Shown here piece by piece: positions 61,398 through 64,000 of a DNA stretch of 64,000 nt. Every line of letters begins with the position of its first letter. Position 1 is the first letter of the stretch. Location of the stretch: positions 2,592,001 through 2,656,000 of the forward strand of contig CAWIAD010000002.1 of assembly GCA_963833985.1 (NCBI GenBank), given 5' to 3'. Origin of the DNA: an uncultured Planctomycetaceae bacterium. GTDB taxonomy: Bacteria; Planctomycetota; Planctomycetia; Isosphaerales; Isosphaeraceae. The notes under the pieces are model-generated. The model was not told the DNA's origin. It searched no databases and worked only from the letters and a program-made list of their open reading frames with translations. The position numbers and the translations under genes were made by a program.

Positions 61398-61583
61398 TGC
61401 CTCACAGGATCAAATCAGCCTCGCCCTTTCAGAAAAGCGTCAAATCCGTTTTCAGGCGTCGCTGGGTCTCGCGGCAAATCTGTGCTGCACCGGATGCTCT
61501 GGTGAGGCTTCGAGGATTCAGAGCGAACGCAGGCCAGCGGTCACGAGCGTCACTGAACTGGAACCCTATTGAGGCCACTGACA

Positions 61584-62501
61584 ATGCACGAACCATCAAG
61601 GGCATCGCGGTTCCCCGCAACCTGCTGCACACGAGGAACACGCGTGGCGTGGCGTGGTGCGATGGTCGCCTCGCTCATGGGCGCAGCCATCTTCCTGCTC
61701 TCTGCCACATCGCTCCACGCCGAGGGCGGCATCTTCGTGACAGGCCACGATCCGGACTTCCACGCCTATCAAGGCTCCAATACGGCTGGCGCCCAGCACA
61801 TCATCCAGCAGGCACTCAACTTCGTCACCGACGGGCATTCCGGTAAGGTCCTCCTTGTCACCAGCCTGATCAATCCGGGAGGGGGATACAGCGACCCGCG
61901 CCTGGGGCTCCAGGCTGCCGGACTGTCGTTCGATGTGGCCGATGATGGGTCGGCAGGCGGAAGCGTACTGAACCTGCACACGGTGAACCTCTCCGCGTAC
62001 AGCGCGATCGTGGTCGCCTCGGACTTCGGCGGCTGGCTCCGGCAATCCGAGCTCAACATTCTCCTGTCGCGTGAGTCCGACCTTCTGAACTACGTCAACG
62101 CGGGCGGCGGCCTGATCGCCTTCGCCGAGTCCGGTCCACCACTACCGGGCCTGCTCACAAGCAACGCGTTCGGGTACCTGCCCTTCCTTGTCTCGAGCGC
62201 TGCGAAGAATCAAACCGAGGTGGGCAACACGCTCACACCATTCGGCTCGTCCCTCGGTCTTTCTGTTTCCGACATCAATGGGAATGCGTCGCACAACATT
62301 TTCACCGCGACCGGCGGTATGAACATCGTTGACAAGGATTCGTCGGGCGACATCCTGTCGCTGGCGGCCTACGGGAATTTCTCGCCAGGTGGTGTGGTAC
62401 CCGAGCCCGGCACACTGACACTGGGGCTACTTGGAGCCCTTGGTGGCGCAGCCTTGTGCATGCGGCAGAGATCGATTCGGGGCCGTGCAAAACAGGTTTA
62501 G
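61584..62501 (+). CDS. PEP-CTERM sorting-domain protein
   Basis: Signal peptide, GIFVTGHDPDFH, C-terminal VPEPGTLTLGLLG + basic tail. Start uncertain (61584-61677). Confidence 0.85.
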   Translation: MHEPSRASRFPATCCTRGTRVAWRGAMVASLMGAAIFLLSATSLHAEGGIFVTGHDPDFHAYQGSNTAGAQHIIQQALNFVTDGHSGKVLLVTSLINPGGGYSDPRLGLQAAGLSFDVADDGSAGGSVLNLHTVNLSAYSAIVVASDFGGWLRQSELNILLSRESDLLNYVNAGGGLIAFAESGPPLPGLLTSNAFGYLPFLVSSAAKNQTEVGNTLTPFGSSLGLSVSDINGNASHNIFTATGGMNIVDKDSSGDILSLAAYGNFSPGGVVPEPGTLTLGLLGALGGAALCMRQRSIRGRAKQV

Positions 62502-62855
62502 ACAGGCTGTCGGGACAGAGCGCCGGGAGTCGATTCGCGTCCGAACACCTCTGATCGTCAGCGAGCACCCGTCTCCAACGGGCACACGATCGGGTGGTTG
62601 CTCGTGCGCAGGCAGGCCGAAGCGGAAGCTGACGTTCGGGGGGTTCTTCCAGCGGGACGGCACGTTTGGCGTCGCCGGTCATGCGGGACTGGTCGATCTC
62701 GATCAGGCGGGCCGGCGGCTTCACGCCGTGGCGGGCAAACCTGAGCCCGAGCCGGGCGAGCCACGCTGCCTCCCGTGCGACCTCCGCGGTGGCCGGCCTG
62801 TGGCAGAAGACGGCCAGAAGGCGTGTCGGCCACGATTCCCGTCCGAGCACTCCGC

Positions 62856-63998
62856 TCACAAGCTCTCGACCACGAGAACCCAGTCGTTGAAGTTGTCGCT
62901 GTGGGCCGCAGGGTAGGGGACCGAGCGGCTGGAGTTCTTTGGCTCAGAAGCCGAGATCACCGTATGTGTTCCGCTCGTCGGATCATACCAGCGAAGCCTG
63001 ACCTTCCGCCCGCCGGCGATGGCTGTGGTATCAACCGTGATCTCGCGACTGCCAGGGAAATAGACGAGCCCTGCGGATGTTGAATATCCCGATGCAGCCT
63101 TGTCATCACCGCTGCCGAGGCCGCTTTTCAGGAAGGTTCCGTCGTCCGGCGTCCAGGAACTGTCCCGGACATAGGTGTCAACAAGCGTCCAGGCGTATCT
63201 GGCACAACGTTGCGGCGGTTCGGTGATGATTTTCATCCAGTCCGGCCCGCCGTCGAAAAGTCCGGTGACGCCAAAGGGCCACCACTTTTCGTGGCCATAG
63301 TTGATCCCGGCGCCACCGCGGATGAATGTCGCATAGTTGCGTTCGCGCAGCTCCTGGTTCTGCTGCCCCTTGTAATGCGGCGCGTTGACGTACGGCGGCT
63401 CGATATCGACGACCGGATAGCTCTTGGTGCCGGCTCGGTCGTAGACCGTGTCAAACTGCTGGACAGAATTGCTGCCGTAATCATAAACCGTGTTGGCGCT
63501 TTGCCTGAACCATTGATAACCTCCGGATCCTTCCTGTGATATGAACTGATCGAACGAGGTCGAGCCATTGACCGGCTCGGCGATGATCAGCCTGTGTGTG
63601 GACCCCTCTGCATCTCTGATACCATGGAAAATGGCATCGAGTCCGCGCGCGGGAGCTTGATTGTACGACCACCGGAAGTCCCCCATCACATGCCAGACGA
63701 TGTTGGGGTAGCGGGCATAGCGGGACTCCAGTGTCCTTCCAAAGGCATAGGCATCCGTCGTCGCTGCGCGGGCCAGATCGGGAGTCGTGCCGGTATTGTC
63801 CATGCTCAGAAACAGGGAAAGAACCACGGTCATCTGGAGCCTGGTCGCCTCTGACATGATCCAGTCCATCGTCGACCAGGCCGGGCCGAATGAGGAAGCG
63901 TACGGTGCACCGGTGAAGAAACGTTGCCGGGCCCTGTTCTGGTACCTGTCGCCGAAGCTGTCGTTCATGTGGACCCCGAACGGCGAGACGGTCACGGC
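62856..63998 (-). CDS. DUF4038 / apiosidase-like glycoside hydrolase with C-terminal putative collagen-binding domain; 5' end outside the window
   Basis: RYARYPNIVWHVMGD, PVVDIEPPY, GINYGH..W.F, LRWYDPTSG, DWVLVV. Confidence 0.8.
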   Translation of the reverse strand, partial: AVTVSPFGVHMNDSFGDRYQNRARQRFFTGAPYASSFGPAWSTMDWIMSEATRLQMTVVLSLFLSMDNTGTTPDLARAATTDAYAFGRTLESRYARYPNIVWHVMGDFRWSYNQAPARGLDAIFHGIRDAEGSTHRLIIAEPVNGSTSFDQFISQEGSGGYQWFRQSANTVYDYGSNSVQQFDTVYDRAGTKSYPVVDIEPPYVNAPHYKGQQNQELRERNYATFIRGGAGINYGHEKWWPFGVTGLFDGGPDWMKIITEPPQRCARYAWTLVDTYVRDSSWTPDDGTFLKSGLGSGDDKAASGYSTSAGLVYFPGSREITVDTTAIAGGRKVRLRWYDPTSGTHTVISASEPKNSSRSVPYPAAHSDNFNDWVLVVESL

Positions 63999-64000
63999 AT

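Noticed and set aside
62502..62855. Possible gene in ORFs 62302-62859 or 62431-62916
   Set aside because: They overlap real genes and have no motif or clear start signal.
1..64000. tRNA or rRNA genes
   Set aside because: No cloverleaf/T-loop or rRNA signatures noticed in intergenic regions; not verified computationally.

Overview
GC-rich bacterial chromosomal window, inferred to be Planctomycetota, probably Isosphaeraceae (two DUF1559 prepilin-like genes, a DUF1592/DUF1552 pair, an LEPR-xLL protein, DUF1573). Most of it is housekeeping and lineage-typical genes: lipB, prfB with its programmed +1 frameshift, gluQ, a sigma-54 two-component system, a Ser/Thr kinase, an LptD-like gene, Hsp70/DUF2760 and two PEP-CTERM proteins. 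About 15 one- or two-base frameshifts break otherwise intact genes, which suggests uncorrected long-read assembly errors. Main points of interest: (1) a secreted redoxin-like gene with an in-frame TGA in a CYR* (CxxU) motif, a candidate selenoprotein (17788-18345); (2) a lower-GC island (about 37.1-42.2 kb) where RusA + REase-HEPN, a HEPN-like orphan and a BrnT-like/XRE toxin-antitoxin pair are separated by copies of one inverted-repeat element, like a cassette array; (3) six ~65-bp double-hairpin repeats with compensatory base changes (31.4-32.1 kb); (4) an IS4 element inserted inside a REP palindrome and an ISAs1 element with a 10-bp target duplication and a T5C5 slippery site; (5) sigma-54 promoter plus enhancer layouts upstream of a DUF1559 gene and a PEP-CTERM gene; (6) a split AgrE/ArgZ-like arginine-to-proline gene pair. 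All family assignments come from motif recognition by eye, not database searches.
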